A stretch of DNA of 64,000 nt from an uncultured Actinomycetes bacterium (GTDB lineage: Bacteria; Actinomycetota; Acidimicrobiia; Acidimicrobiales; CADCTF01). Positions within the stretch are counted from its first letter, which is position 1. Each line of letters begins with the position of its first letter. The notes under the pieces are model-generated. The model saw nothing but the letters and a program-made list of their open reading frames with translations. It did no database searches and was not told where the DNA came from. The position numbers and the translations under genes were made by a program. Below, piece after piece: positions 41,789-52,983 of the stretch. Where the stretch lies: positions 322,069 to 386,068 of the forward strand of contig CAVVPZ010000009.1 of assembly GCA_963750255.1 (NCBI GenBank). The letters are read 5' to 3'.

Positions 41789-43706
41789 TGGCGGGGACGC
41801 TTACCCCACCTCGTCCCCGCCCCCGACCTCCCTCCCGACCTCCGGTCCCCCGCACCGGTGGTTCCGGTCGCCCGCCGACGACGGCGCGGCGCGCCCGTGA
41901 ACGGGTGGCGGAACGTCGTCGTCTCGTGGCCTTCCTGGTCGTGGCCGTCCTCGGTTTCTGCGCCCTCGGCGGGCGTCTCGTCTCGCTGCAGGTCAACCCG
42001 CCAGCGGCGGCGACGGCACTCAGCGAGCGACAGATGGTGCACCACCTGACCCTGCCCGCGGCCCGCGGCGCCATCTTCGACCGCAACGGTCAGGAACTGG
42101 CCCTGTCGGTTCGGCAGTCCACCGTGTGGGCCAATCCGCGGCAGGTCACCGACCCCGCCGGTGAGGCCGCGACCCTCGCACCGATGCTCGGCGTCGACGA
42201 AAACCTTCTGCGGGCGCGCCTCAGCCGCGACGCTGCGTTCGTCTACCTTGCCCGGACTGTGCCCGACTCGGTCGCGGCCCAGGTCGACGACCTCGGACTG
42301 CCGGGAGTGCACCTGCTCGAGGAGCCCAAACGGTTCACGCCCGCCGACGGCCTCGCCGCTCCCGTCCTCGGCAAGGTGGGCACCGACAACTCCGGACTCT
42401 CGGGCGTCGAGATGCAGTACGAGAAGGTGCTCGCCGGTCGTGCGGGCACGAAGATCGTCGAGCAGACGCCGGCCGGTCAGCCCTATGACGGGCTTCGTTC
42501 GTTGACGGCCCCGGTGCGGGGCGATGACCTCGTGCTTACGCTCGACCGTTCGCTGCAGTTCGAGACCGAGCGGGCCTTGGCCGACGAGATCTCGGTGGCC
42601 AACGCCCACGGCGGCGTCGCCATCGTGATGGACACCGTGTCGGGCGAGATCCTGGCGTTGGCCAACCTCACCGCCGACCCCGAGGGCAAGGGCCGCCGGT
42701 GCCGGCGGCGAAGAACGCCGCCGTCACCAACGTCTACGAGCCCGGATCGGTGAACAAGCTCATCACCATCGCCGGGGCGCTGGAGGAGGGCCTCGTGCGT
42801 CCCGATGCAACGCTGTCGGTGCCCGGCAGCATCAAGGTGTCGGACCACGTGTTCAAAGAACACGACCCGCATCCCACCGTCGACTGGTCGGTCACCGACA
42901 TCATGGCCAACTCGTCCAACGTCGGTTCGATCCAGATCGGCCAACGGTTGGGCAAGGATCGCCTCGATACCTATCTCCGGGCCTTCGGGTTCGGCGAGAA
43001 GACCGCCCTCGCCTTCCCCGGGGAGAGCGGCGGGATCATGCTCGACCCGGCCAAGTGGTCGGGCACGTCGCTGCCGACCATCGCCATCGGCCAGGGCATC
43101 GCCGTGAGCGCCATGCAGATGCTCGCCGCCTACAACACCGTGGCCAACGGGGGCGAGTACGTCGCCCCGAAGTTGGTCAAGGCGACCGTCGACAGCCGCG
43201 GCGTGACGCACCCGACGCCGCCTTCGGACCGGCGCCGGGTCATCTCGACCAAGACGGCCCGCGAGGTCACGGGCATGTTGGCCGAGGTCGTCCGCGTCGG
43301 CACTGGCACCAATGCCGCCATCGACGGCTACACCGTGGCCGGCAAGACGGGCACGGCCCGCAAACCCCTCGAGGACGCGGGGGGTACAAGGACGGGCGCG
43401 TACATGTCGTCGTTCGCCGGATTCGTGCCGGCCGAGAAGCCCGCCCTCACCTCGATCGTGATGCTCGACGAGCCCCGCCCGATCTACGGCGGACTCGTCG
43501 CCGCGCCGGTGTTCGCCGAGATCAACCGCTACGGACTCCGCCAGTTCCGCATTCCGCCGCCGGCCACCGCTCTGGCGGGCGTCGTGCCCGAGGTGTCGGT
43601 CGAGGCCATCAAGGCCGGGAGCAGCGAGCCGGTGGGTGTCGCGCCACCGGCCGGCCCCTCGACCACCAGTACTGTTCCCCCCGCCACTCCCGACCCGAAG
43701 CCCTAG
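41788..43706 (+). CDS. ftsI: Class B penicillin-binding protein FtsI (frameshift near 42697)
   Basis: RGAIFDRNG, EPGSVNK, SSN, KTGT. Confidence 0.95.
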
Positions 43707-43722
43707 AGAGAACGTCGCCGCG

Positions 43723-45133
43723 TTGCAACTCACCCGCCTCGTCGGTGTCGTTGCCCCTCTTGACGTCCACGGCGACGCCAGTGGGGTCGACGTCGCCGAC
43801 GTCACCCATGACTCGACGGCCGTTGGCGCCGGTGCGCTCTTTTGCTGCCTGCCAGGGGCGAGACGCGACGGACACGAGTTCGCGGCCGACGCACGTGCCG
43901 CGGGCGCGGTCGCCCTTCTGGTCGAACGGGTGTTGCCCGACATCGACCTGCCGCAGATCGTCGTGGCCGACGCGCGGTCGGCCATGGCCCCGTTGGCCGC
44001 CGCCGTCCACGGCGATCCGTCGCGTGTTCTCGACGTCGTCGGCGTCACCGGCACCAACGGCAAGACGACCACCACCTACCTCGTCCGTTCGGCCCTGGAG
44101 GCCGGCGGCCGGCCCACGGGGGTGCTCGGCACCATGTCCGGCGCCCGGACGACCCCCGAGGCCCCGCAGCTGCAGGCTGCGCTCGCGGCCTTCGTCGCCG
44201 AGGGCAAAGCCGCGGCGGCCATCGAGGTGTCATCGATGGGCCTCGTCCAGCATCGCGTCGACGCCGTCTGGTTCGCTGCGGTTGTGTTCACGAATTTTTC
44301 CCAGGATCATCTCGATGATCACGGGACCATGGAGGCGTACTTCGAGGCCAAGGCGATGCTCTTCGACGAGGGAAGGGCGGGCGTGGCGGTGATCAACGTC
44401 GACGACGAGTACGGTCCCCGCCTCGCCGATCGCGGTCGGGATGCCGGTGCGCGCGTACTCGATGGCTGACGCCGAAGACCTGCACCTCTCGCCCGGTCGG
44501 TCCGTGTTCGGGTGGCGGGGGGCCGAGATCGACCTGGCCCTCGACGGCGAGTACAACGTGGCCAACGCGTTGGCGGCGGCGACCGCGGCCGCCGAACTCG
44601 GTGTTCCTGTCGCCGACATCGCACGCGGTCTGTCGTCGATCGACGGCGTGGCGGGCCACGGACAAGCCGTCGAGGCGGGACAGGACTTCCGCGTCGTCGT
44701 CGACTATGCCCACACGCCGGTAGCGCTGGCGTCGGTGCTCAAAGCTGCCCGGCGAGCGGCGGCGGAACGTGGACGGGTCATCGTGGTCTTCGGCTGCGGC
44801 GGCGGTCGCGACCCATCGAAACGTCAGCCGATGGGGTGGGCGGCGTCGAGCGAAGCCGATGTCGTCGTCGTGACCTCCGACAACCCCCGCCACGAAGACC
44901 CCGACGCGATCATCGCCACGGTGGTCGACGGCGCCACCGGCGGTGCACAGGTGGTCGTCGAGCCCGACCGGCGCACGGCGATCGGCCTCGCCTTCGCCCG
45001 CGCGTCGGCCGGCGACGTCGTCGTCATCGCCGGCAAAGGTCACGAAACCGGGCAGGTCGTCGGTGAGCGTGTGCTGCCCTTCGACGACCGAGCGGTGGCC
45101 ATCGAGTTGCTGACAGGAAGGCGTACCCCGTGA
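43723..45133 (+). CDS. murE: UDP-MurNAc-tripeptide synthetase, meso-DAP type (frameshift near 44450)
   Basis: GTNGKTT, TTPE, EVSS, QDHLD, DYAHTP, DNPR, AGKGHE. Confidence 0.95.
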
Positions 45134-46164
45134 TCGCCCTGCTCATGGCCGGAGCGGTGTCGATCGTCGTCTCGCTCATCGGGACCCCGATCCTCATTCG
45201 CTGGCTCCAAGCCAATGGCATCGGCCAGCCCATTCTCGAGGAGCTGGCCCACGCCCACGTGGTCAAGACCGGCACGCCGACCATGGGCGGGCTCACGATC
45301 GTGCTCGGCGCCCTTGCCGGGTACCTCGCCGGTCACCTCTCGGGGCAGATCTTCACCTGGGGCGGGCTCGCCGCAATTGCCCTCATGCTCGGCGCCGGCG
45401 CCACCGGCCTGTGCGACGACTGGATCAAGGTGCGCAACGAGCGCAACCTCGGCCTCTCCAAGCGGGCCAAGAGTCTCGGTCTCGTGCTCGCCTCAGGTGC
45501 GTTCTCGGTGATCGCCATCCGCTACGCCCACGTTCGGACCAACTTGTCGTTCACCCGATGGGACTCCCTGCTGGCGCATCCCATGCCGACGTGGCTCTGG
45601 GTGATCTGGGCCTTCGTGATCATCTACGCCGTGACCAACGGGGTGAACTTTGCCGACGGCCTTGACGGGCTGGCGGCCGGCTCCTCGACGTTTGCACTGT
45701 CGGCCTTCGCCATCATCGGCTTCTGGCAGTTCCGTCACCTCGACGTGTACGAGGTGCCCCAAGCACTCGACCTCGCGCTGGTGGCCATCGCACTCGCCGG
45801 TGGCTGCATCGGATTTCTCTGGTGGAACGCTCCGCCGGCCAAGATCTTCATGGGTGACACCGGCGCGCTCGGGATCGGGGGCGGCATCGCTGCGCTCGGT
45901 CTGTTGATGAACGTGCAGCTCTTGTTGCCCGTGATCTGCGGTCTGTTCGTGCTCGAGTGGCTCTCGAACCTGATCCAGATCTTCAGCTTCCGGGTGTTCC
46001 ACCGTCGGGTCTTCAAGATGGCGCCGCTCCATCACCACTTCGAATTGATCGGATGGCCCGAGACCACCGTCATCGTTCGCTTCTGGATCCTGGCCGGGTT
46101 GTGCACGGCGATGGCCCTCGGGGTCTTCTACGCCGACTTCATCGCGCTCGGGGCGGCTGACTGA
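45130..46164 (+). CDS. mraY: Phospho-MurNAc-pentapeptide transferase
   Basis: KTGTPTMGG, DD, DGLDGL, FMGDTG, MAPLHHHFE. Confidence 0.97.
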   Translation: MIALLMAGAVSIVVSLIGTPILIRWLQANGIGQPILEELAHAHVVKTGTPTMGGLTIVLGALAGYLAGHLSGQIFTWGGLAAIALMLGAGATGLCDDWIKVRNERNLGLSKRAKSLGLVLASGAFSVIAIRYAHVRTNLSFTRWDSLLAHPMPTWLWVIWAFVIIYAVTNGVNFADGLDGLAAGSSTFALSAFAIIGFWQFRHLDVYEVPQALDLALVAIALAGGCIGFLWWNAPPAKIFMGDTGALGIGGGIAALGLLMNVQLLLPVICGLFVLEWLSNLIQIFSFRVFHRRVFKMAPLHHHFELIGWPETTVIVRFWILAGLCTAMALGVFYADFIALGAAD

Positions 46165-47495
46165 TGCACGCCCTCGTGCTCGGTCTGGCCATCACCAACG
46201 AGGCCGTGGTCCGCCGTCTTCAGGCTCGGGGAGACACTGTGGTCGTCGTCGACGACCGCCCCGGCGAGGCGGCCCGTGGTCGAGCCCTTGACCTCGGCAT
46301 CGAGCTCCACGTCACCGACGAGGTCGACGTCGACGTGCTGTTGGCCGGCAGCGACGTCGTGTTGCCGTCACCGGGCGTACCCATCAGCCACCCGATCCTC
46401 GTGTCGGCCGAGACCGCCGGCGTACCGGTGTGGAGCGAGTTCGAGCTCGCCGCTCGGTGGGACGACCGGCCGATCGTCGCTGTGACCGGCACCAACGGCA
46501 AGACGACCGTCACGACGTTGATCGCCGAGATGCTGACCGAGAGCGGGCGGGTCGTGGCCCTGGCCGGCAACAACGACGTCCCTCTGGTCGACGCCCTCGC
46601 CGACGAGTCGGTCGAGGTGTTCGTCGTCGAGGCCTCGTCGTTTCGATTGCAGTTCACCGACCGGTTCCGGGCCGCCGTCGCCGTCTGGCTCAACCTGGCG
46701 CCCGACCACCTCGACTGGCACCCTGACCTCGCCCACTACGCGGCGGCCAAGTTCCGCATGTGGGCCAATCAGCAGCCGGGTGACGTGGCCCTCGCCAACG
46801 CCGACGACCACGAGGTGATGGCGTGGGCGGCGAAGGCTCCCGGCACCGTGCAGACCTTCGGCCTCGGCGCCGCCGACTTCCGGATCGAGGACGAAAAGTT
46901 GGTCGGCCCCGACGGACTGGTGATTGCCGAAGTCGCGCGCCTTCCGCGACGGTTGCCGCACGATCTCTCCAACGCGCTCGCGGCGTCGGCGGCTGCCATC
47001 GCGTCGGGCGTCGACGTCGCCGCCGTCCGCGCTGTGCTCGAACGTTTCGGTGGCCTCCCCCATCGTGTGGAGCGGGTCGGCGACGCTGGTGGGGTGACGT
47101 GGTACGACGACTCCAAGGCCACGACGCCGGCGTCGGTCGTGGCCGGCGTCTCGGGCTTCTCATCAGTGGTACTCGTCGCCGGTGGCCGAAACAAGGGGCT
47201 CGACCTGAGCGAACTACGGGTGCTCGCCCCCGCGCTGCGCGGCGTGGTCGCAATCGGTGAGTCCGCGGCCGACATCCGCTCGACCTTCGAGGGGCTGGTG
47301 CCGGTCGCCGACGCGTCGACGATGGACGAGGTCGTCGCCGTGGCCGCCACCATGGCCCGCGACGGCGACGCCGTGGTGCTCTCGCCTGGCTGCGCCTCGT
47401 ACGACTGGTACCGCAACTACGGCGAGCGGGGCGACGACTTCGCCCGCGCCGTGCGCGACCACCTCGGACTCGACACGGCCACGGTGGTCTCATGA
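46164..47495 (+). CDS. murD: UDP-MurNAc-L-Ala:D-Glu ligase
   Basis: SPG, GTNGKTT, PDHLDWH, DDSKAT, LSPGCASYD. Confidence 0.96.
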   Translation: MHALVLGLAITNEAVVRRLQARGDTVVVVDDRPGEAARGRALDLGIELHVTDEVDVDVLLAGSDVVLPSPGVPISHPILVSAETAGVPVWSEFELAARWDDRPIVAVTGTNGKTTVTTLIAEMLTESGRVVALAGNNDVPLVDALADESVEVFVVEASSFRLQFTDRFRAAVAVWLNLAPDHLDWHPDLAHYAAAKFRMWANQQPGDVALANADDHEVMAWAAKAPGTVQTFGLGAADFRIEDEKLVGPDGLVIAEVARLPRRLPHDLSNALAASAAAIASGVDVAAVRAVLERFGGLPHRVERVGDAGGVTWYDDSKATTPASVVAGVSGFSSVVLVAGGRNKGLDLSELRVLAPALRGVVAIGESAADIRSTFEGLVPVADASTMDEVVAVAATMARDGDAVVLSPGCASYDWYRNYGERGDDFARAVRDHLGLDTATVVS

Positions 47496-48676
47496 CGGCG
47501 ACCAGCGCCCGCCCGACGGCCAACCGCCTGGTCGCCCGCCGCCGGACCGCGGCTAAGGCGAGGCCGCCGGCGACCTACGTGATGCTGCTCCTCGTCGTCG
47601 GGGCGCTGACCGTGCTCGGGCTCGTCATGGTCTTGTCGGCGTCATCCGTGCAGGCCCTGCGCAATCACGGTTCGTCTTGGTACTTCTTCAATCGACAGAT
47701 CATTTGGGTCGGCCTCGGCCTCGTGGCGTTGGTGGCGACGTCGCGGGTCGACTACAGGCGCTGGCGGACCGTCGCCGTGCCCGTGTTCGGGCTGGCGATC
47801 GGCCTGATGGTCCTCGTCCTGGTGCCCGGTGTGGGGATCCGGGTCAGTGGTTCGAGTCGTTGGCTGGGTGCAGGGCCGCTCCGGCTGCAACCGTCGGAAC
47901 TGGCCAAGCTCGGCCTGCTCCTGCTGTGCGCTGACCTGCTGGCTCGACGCAGCGACAAGGTGAGTGACTTCCGACTGACGACCCGTCCGGTGCTCGCCCT
48001 GTTCGGTATCGCCGCCGTGCTCCTCCTCCTCCAGCCCGACCTGGGTACGACGCTGGTGTTGGGCTGCATCGTGCTCACGATGCTGTTCCTCGCCGGCACG
48101 CCGCTGCACTGGATGGGCGGAATTGGGCTGTTCTCCGCCGGCCTCACCCTCTTGCTGGCCAAGGTGGAGCCGTATCGCTGGCGGAGGATGACCTCGTTCC
48201 TTGACCCGTTCGCCGATCCCAGCAACACCGGCTACCAAGCCGCGCAGGGTCGAATCGCCTTGGCCAACGGCGGGTGGAGCGGTGTCGGACTCGGGAGCAG
48301 TCGGGCCAAGTGGGGGTTTCTCCCTGCCGCGCACACCGACTTCATCTTCGCCATCCTCGGCGAGGAGCTCGGCCTCGCCGGAAGCCTCGCCGTCCTCGCG
48401 CTCTTCGTCACCTTCGCCGGGCTCGGCGCCCGGGCCGCGCTGCGGGCGCCGGACCGTTTCGGATTTCTGCTCGCCGGGGGAATCACGGCGTGGGTCGTCG
48501 GGCAGGCGGTCATCAACATCGGCGCCGTCGTCGGCCTCCTTCCGATCACCGGGGTCCCGCTGCCGTTCGTGTCGTCGGGAGGATCGTCGCTCGTACCGAT
48601 GATGGCCTCGCTCGGCGTCCTGCTCAACGTGACGAGGCAGGGTAGGGGCCCGGCCAAGCGGCGCCCGGCGGCGTGA
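47492..48676 (+). CDS. ftsW: SEDS peptidoglycan polymerase FtsW
   Basis: QPSE, QPDLGT, LPAAHTDFIF..GEELG, PFVSSGGSS. Confidence 0.96.
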   Translation: MTATSARPTANRLVARRRTAAKARPPATYVMLLLVVGALTVLGLVMVLSASSVQALRNHGSSWYFFNRQIIWVGLGLVALVATSRVDYRRWRTVAVPVFGLAIGLMVLVLVPGVGIRVSGSSRWLGAGPLRLQPSELAKLGLLLLCADLLARRSDKVSDFRLTTRPVLALFGIAAVLLLLQPDLGTTLVLGCIVLTMLFLAGTPLHWMGGIGLFSAGLTLLLAKVEPYRWRRMTSFLDPFADPSNTGYQAAQGRIALANGGWSGVGLGSSRAKWGFLPAAHTDFIFAILGEELGLAGSLAVLALFVTFAGLGARAALRAPDRFGFLLAGGITAWVVGQAVINIGAVVGLLPITGVPLPFVSSGGSSLVPMMASLGVLLNVTRQGRGPAKRRPAA

Positions 48677-49794
48677 GCGACTGTTTCGCCGTGATCGCCG
48701 GCGGCGGCACCGCCGGTCATGTGGTGCCGGCCATCGCCATCGGCCGCGCCCTCGTCGAACGCGGCCACGACCCCGACACCATCCTCTTCGTCGGGTCGCG
48801 GCGAGGCATCGACCGAGAGCTCGTTCCCGCCGCTGGGTTTCCTCTCGCGCTGCTCCCGGGGAGGGGCCTGGCCCGGAAGCTGACGCTCGACAATGTCCAA
48901 GCCATGGCTGGCTTCGCCGCCGGCCTCGTGCTGGCGGTCGTGCTGCTGGCCCGTAAGCGTCCCAGGGTCGTCGTGTCGATGGGCGGGTATGCCGCCGCGC
49001 CGTGTGCGCTGGCCGCGGCGCTGTTCGGCATTCCGCTCGTGCTCTCCGAACAGAACGCGGTGCCGACGGCCACCCACCGACTCGTGGGCCGCTTTGCCAC
49101 CGCCTCGGCCGTTCCTTATGCGGGCACCCCACTGCCGCATCCCGTGGTCACGGGCAACCCCGTCCGCCCGGAGATCCTCACGGTCGACGCGTCGAAGGCG
49201 GGCCGATCCGCGGCCAGATCCCGATTCGGGCTGCCCGACGATGCGATCGTTCTCGTGGCCTTCGGGGGGTCGTTGGGGTCTCGGACCATCAACGAAGCAG
49301 TGGCCGGTGTCGTCCGGGACTGGGACGGCCCCCAGTTGGCCGTCCGGCACGTGATCGGTCGCCGCGACTGGCCGGCCTTCGAAGCCGATCCCCCCGAGCC
49401 CGGCGCAGGGGTGGTCGTCTACCAAACTGTGGCCTACGAAGACCGCATGCCCGAGCTGTTGGCCGCAGCCGACGTCGTGGTCTCGCGATCGGGGGGCAGC
49501 GTCGCCGAGTTGGCCGTGGTGGGACGGGCGTCGATCTTGGTACCGCTGCCGATTGCGCCGTACGACCACCAAGCCCACAACGCCCGCCAACTGGTGGAGG
49601 CTGGGGCGGCGGTGATGCTCCGCGACCACGAGTGCACGCCGGAGCGGCTCGCCGCCGAACTTCACCGGATCCTGGAAGCGGGTCCCGACCGGCTCGAGGC
49701 CATGGGCCGGGCCGCGACCACGATCGGCCGGCCCGACGCGGCTGGGGCCGTGGCCGAACTCGTCGAACGCTCGGCTCGAAGGAGAAAGAAATGA
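48673..49794 (+). CDS. murG: Lipid II GlcNAc transferase
   Basis: GGGTAGH, GGY, EQN, GNPVR, GGSLG. Confidence 0.96.
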   Translation: MSDCFAVIAGGGTAGHVVPAIAIGRALVERGHDPDTILFVGSRRGIDRELVPAAGFPLALLPGRGLARKLTLDNVQAMAGFAAGLVLAVVLLARKRPRVVVSMGGYAAAPCALAAALFGIPLVLSEQNAVPTATHRLVGRFATASAVPYAGTPLPHPVVTGNPVRPEILTVDASKAGRSAARSRFGLPDDAIVLVAFGGSLGSRTINEAVAGVVRDWDGPQLAVRHVIGRRDWPAFEADPPEPGAGVVVYQTVAYEDRMPELLAAADVVVSRSGGSVAELAVVGRASILVPLPIAPYDHQAHNARQLVEAGAAVMLRDHECTPERLAAELHRILEAGPDRLEAMGRAATTIGRPDAAGAVAELVERSARRRKK

Positions 49795-51179
49795 CCGACC
49801 CGATCGACCTGGGACGCCGCCGTCGCCTGCACGTCATCGGGTGCGGGGGAACAGGCATGGCGCCGATCACCACGGTGCTGGCTGCGATGGGCCACGACGT
49901 CAGCGGCAGCGATCTCAAGGACGGTCCGATCCTGGATCGCCTCCGCGCCCTCGGGGTCGACGTGTCGCTCGGGCAGCGGGCTGAGAACCTGGGCGCCGAC
50001 CTCGATGCCGTGACCCGTTCGACCGCCGTCCCCGACGAGAACGCAGAGGTCGTCGCCGCCCGGCAGCGGGGCGTGGCCGTGTTGCGCCGAGCCGAGATCC
50101 TCGCCGGGATCTGCGCCCAACGGCGCACGATCGCCGTGGCGGGCAGCCACGGGAAGACCACGACCTCGTCGATGCTGGCGCTGGTGCTCGGCGAAGCCGG
50201 GATGCGTCCGTCGTTCATCGTCGGTGGAGAACTCGCCGGCGGAAACGCGGTGTGGAGCCAACCCGAAGAGGGGGAGCGGGGCTGGTTCGTCGTCGAGGCC
50301 GACGAGAGCGACGGCACGTTCCTCGAGCTCGGCGCCGAGGTGGCGATCGTGACGAGCGTCGAACCCGACCACCTCGAGCACTGGGGTTCGTGGTCAGCGC
50401 TCCAGGCTGGTTTCGACCGATTCCTGGCCGAGGCCTCCGGGCCTCGCATCGTGTGCGCCGACGATCCAGGCGCGGCCGCGGCTGGCTCCCGCTGCTCGGC
50501 CGTTACCTACGGCACCGCCGCCGGTGCGGACTATCGGATGTCGGATGTCGCCGGCGGCCGCACCGGCATTGCGTTCACCCTGAGCCGCCGCGGCACGCCC
50601 TTGGGCGAGGTCCGGCTGCCGGTGCCAGGCATCCACAACGCCCGCAACGCGGCGGCGGCGGCGGCGACGGCCATGGAACTCGGCGCACCTTTCGAGGCCG
50701 CCGCATCGGCCCTCTCGCGCTACGCCGGCGTCGCCCGCCGGTTCCAGTTCCGCGGCGAACGCGACGGCGTGACGTTCGTCGACGACTATGCCCACCTTCC
50801 GGGCGAGATCCGGCCGATGCTGGCCGCGGCCCGAGAGGGCGGGTGGGGACGGATCGTGTGCGTGTTCCAACCCCACCGCTATTCGCGGATGGCCACACTC
50901 GACCCCGCCGATTTCGCAGAAGTCTTCGACGACGCCGACGTGCTGGTGGTGACCGAGATATACGCCCAGGGCGAGGCGCCCCGACCCGGGGTGTCCGGCA
51001 AGCGAGTGCTCGAGGCCGTGCTCGAGGCCCGGCCCGGGCGGCCAGCGTTCTGGTTCCCCAGCCGTGCCGACCTGGCCGTCGATGTGGGCCGCATCCTCCG
51101 GCCCGGTGACCTCTGTCTGACCCTCGGTGCCGGCGACCTCACCCAACTCCCCGACGAACTCCTCGGCCGGGTCACGTGA
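49791..51179 (+). CDS. murC: UDP-MurNAc:L-Ala ligase
   Basis: GCGGTGM, GSHGKTTT, EADESDG, DDYAH, FQPHRYSR, GAGD. Confidence 0.96.
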   Translation: MTDPIDLGRRRRLHVIGCGGTGMAPITTVLAAMGHDVSGSDLKDGPILDRLRALGVDVSLGQRAENLGADLDAVTRSTAVPDENAEVVAARQRGVAVLRRAEILAGICAQRRTIAVAGSHGKTTTSSMLALVLGEAGMRPSFIVGGELAGGNAVWSQPEEGERGWFVVEADESDGTFLELGAEVAIVTSVEPDHLEHWGSWSALQAGFDRFLAEASGPRIVCADDPGAAAAGSRCSAVTYGTAAGADYRMSDVAGGRTGIAFTLSRRGTPLGEVRLPVPGIHNARNAAAAAATAMELGAPFEAAASALSRYAGVARRFQFRGERDGVTFVDDYAHLPGEIRPMLAAAREGGWGRIVCVFQPHRYSRMATLDPADFAEVFDDADVLVVTEIYAQGEAPRPGVSGKRVLEAVLEARPGRPAFWFPSRADLAVDVGRILRPGDLCLTLGAGDLTQLPDELLGRVT

Positions 51180-52102
51180 TGGACAAGGTCGCCGAGGCCG
51201 CCGCCATCATCGGGCCGCGAGCCCGGGTCGGCGTGCCCCTGGGGCCGCTGACGACCTACCGGGTGGGCGGGCCAGCCGCGCTGCTGGTCGAACTCGCCAA
51301 CGGCGACGACCTCGAAGCCGTGGGCGCGGCCGTTGCCGCCACGGGTATCGAGACCCTGGTCATCGGCAACGGCTCCAACCTGCTCGTGGCCGACGCGGGC
51401 TTCCCCGGGCTGGTCGTGGTGCTCGGCGGAGAATTCGAGGCGATTTCCGTCGGCTCCGACGGTCGGGTGACGGCCGGCGGTGCGGTGAGCCTTCCCGTGC
51501 TGGCCCGCCGGACCGCCGCCGCCGCCCTCACCGGCTTCGAGTGGGCCGTCGGCGTGCCCGGTTCGTTGGGTGGCGCGGTGCGGATGAACGCCGGTGGTCA
51601 CGGGTCTGACATGAGCCGCTGCCTCGTCTCGTGCGACGTGGCCGATCTCCGCACCGGGGAGACGGCGACGTGGGCCACCGCCGACCTCGACTACTCCTAT
51701 CGGCACTCTGCCCTCGCCAGCCACCACATGGTCCTCGTGGCCGACCTCGCCTTGGCCCCCGGCGATCGGGCCGAGGCGGAGGCCGAGATCCGCGAGATCG
51801 TGCGTTGGCGGCGCGAGCACCAACCCGGCGGACAGAACGCGGGATCGGTCTTCACCAACCCCGCCGGCGACTCGGCTGGGCGGCTCATCGAGGCGGCCGG
51901 ACTGAAGGGCCACAGGCGGGGATCCGCGTTCGTCTCCGAGAAGCATGCGAACTTCTTCCAGGCCGCCGAGGGCGGCTCGGCCGAGGACGTGAGGGCATTG
52001 ATCGACGAGGTACGCGAGCGAGTGGAGCAGCACGCCGGCATCCGCCTCGTGCCGGAACTCCGAATGGTCGGTTTCGTCGACGCAGGCGGGACGACCTCGT
52101 GA
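51176..52102 (+). CDS. murB: UDP-N-acetylenolpyruvoylglucosamine reductase
   Basis: TTYRVGGPA, GNGSNLL, GVPGSLGGAVRMNAG, AGSVFTNP, SEKHANF. Confidence 0.96.
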   Translation: MMDKVAEAAAIIGPRARVGVPLGPLTTYRVGGPAALLVELANGDDLEAVGAAVAATGIETLVIGNGSNLLVADAGFPGLVVVLGGEFEAISVGSDGRVTAGGAVSLPVLARRTAAAALTGFEWAVGVPGSLGGAVRMNAGGHGSDMSRCLVSCDVADLRTGETATWATADLDYSYRHSALASHHMVLVADLALAPGDRAEAEAEIREIVRWRREHQPGGQNAGSVFTNPAGDSAGRLIEAAGLKGHRRGSAFVSEKHANFFQAAEGGSAEDVRALIDEVRERVEQHAGIRLVPELRMVGFVDAGGTTS

Positions 52103-52911
52103 GCGACACGACCATCAGCGACACGACCATCGGGGCCGAACCCGCTCCCGGCGAACGGTTGCGCATGGACCCGCGGATTCGCGAGCGCCGGGTGGCCGTG
52201 CGGCGAGACGAGGGCCGGCGACGGCTTCGCATCCTGCTCATCACTGGCAGCGTGGTCGCCGCCTTCGGGGTGGCCTACGGCGCCACCCGCTCCCCGTTGT
52301 TCGACGTCGATCGGGTCGTGGTCCAGGGCGCCCGGCACACCACGCCGGCCGAGATCGAACAGGCCGCCGGGCTTCGGGCCCGGGTGGCGCTGGCCGACAT
52401 CGACCCCGTTTCCTCGGCCCGGACGATCGAGGGTCTGCCCTGGGTCAAGGACGCCGTCGTGTCCCGGCAGTGGCCGGGCACGGTCAAGGTCCGTCTGGTC
52501 GAGCGTGCGCCCGTGGCCGCGCTCCCTGCCGCTGCCGGGGGCTGGGCCCTCGTCGACGGCACCGGCCGGGTGGTCACCAACGTGGAGGCGCCGCCGCCGG
52601 GCATGGTGACGGTGGCTGGTCCCGCCGCCCCCGGCGTCGGCGACCAACTCCCCGACGTGACCCGTGCGCCACTGGCCGTGCTCGACCACCTGCCGCCCTC
52701 GCTGGGGGAGCGGGTGAACGGGTTGACCGTCGCCGATGACGGCAGTGTCGATGTCCACGCCACCGGGCTGCCCGTGGTCCGCTTCGGTCCTCCGACCCAG
52801 GTCAGGGAGAAGGTCGTCGCCCTCGAGACCCTGGTGGCCAAGGCCGACCTCAGGCGGGTCGAAGCGATCGACGTGCGGGTGCCCACCGCTCCAGTCTTGA
52901 CCAGACCATGA
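52099..52911 (+). CDS. ftsQ: Cell division protein FtsQ/DivIB
   Basis: TM helix, POTRA domain (LPWVKDA..RQWPGTV..VERAP), C-terminal IDVRVP. Confidence 0.92.
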   Translation: MSDTTISDTTIGAEPAPGERLRMDPRIRERRVAVRRDEGRRRLRILLITGSVVAAFGVAYGATRSPLFDVDRVVVQGARHTTPAEIEQAAGLRARVALADIDPVSSARTIEGLPWVKDAVVSRQWPGTVKVRLVERAPVAALPAAAGGWALVDGTGRVVTNVEAPPPGMVTVAGPAAPGVGDQLPDVTRAPLAVLDHLPPSLGERVNGLTVADDGSVDVHATGLPVVRFGPPTQVREKVVALETLVAKADLRRVEAIDVRVPTAPVLTRP

Positions 52912-52952
52912 ACGTCAACGTAGACTTTCCACCACTTCGAGAGGTTCACAGT

Positions 52953-52983
52953 AACTCTCGATCTACACATGAGGGTGAGAGTT
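52953..52983. promoter_or_regulatory. AT-rich inverted repeat upstream of ftsZ (FtsR-site-like)
   Basis: AACTCTC-N17-GAGAGTT in the ftsQ-ftsZ spacer. Confidence 0.5.

Noticed and set aside
40276-45133. Pseudogenisation or programmed frameshifting of rsmH, ftsL, ftsI and murE
   Set aside because: Essential genes with intact motifs on both sides of single indels and no slippery sites; sequencing error is more parsimonious.
52102-52131. 15-bp duplication at the ftsQ N-terminus (SDTTI x2)
   Set aside because: In-frame slippage in an unstructured N-terminus with no evident functional consequence.
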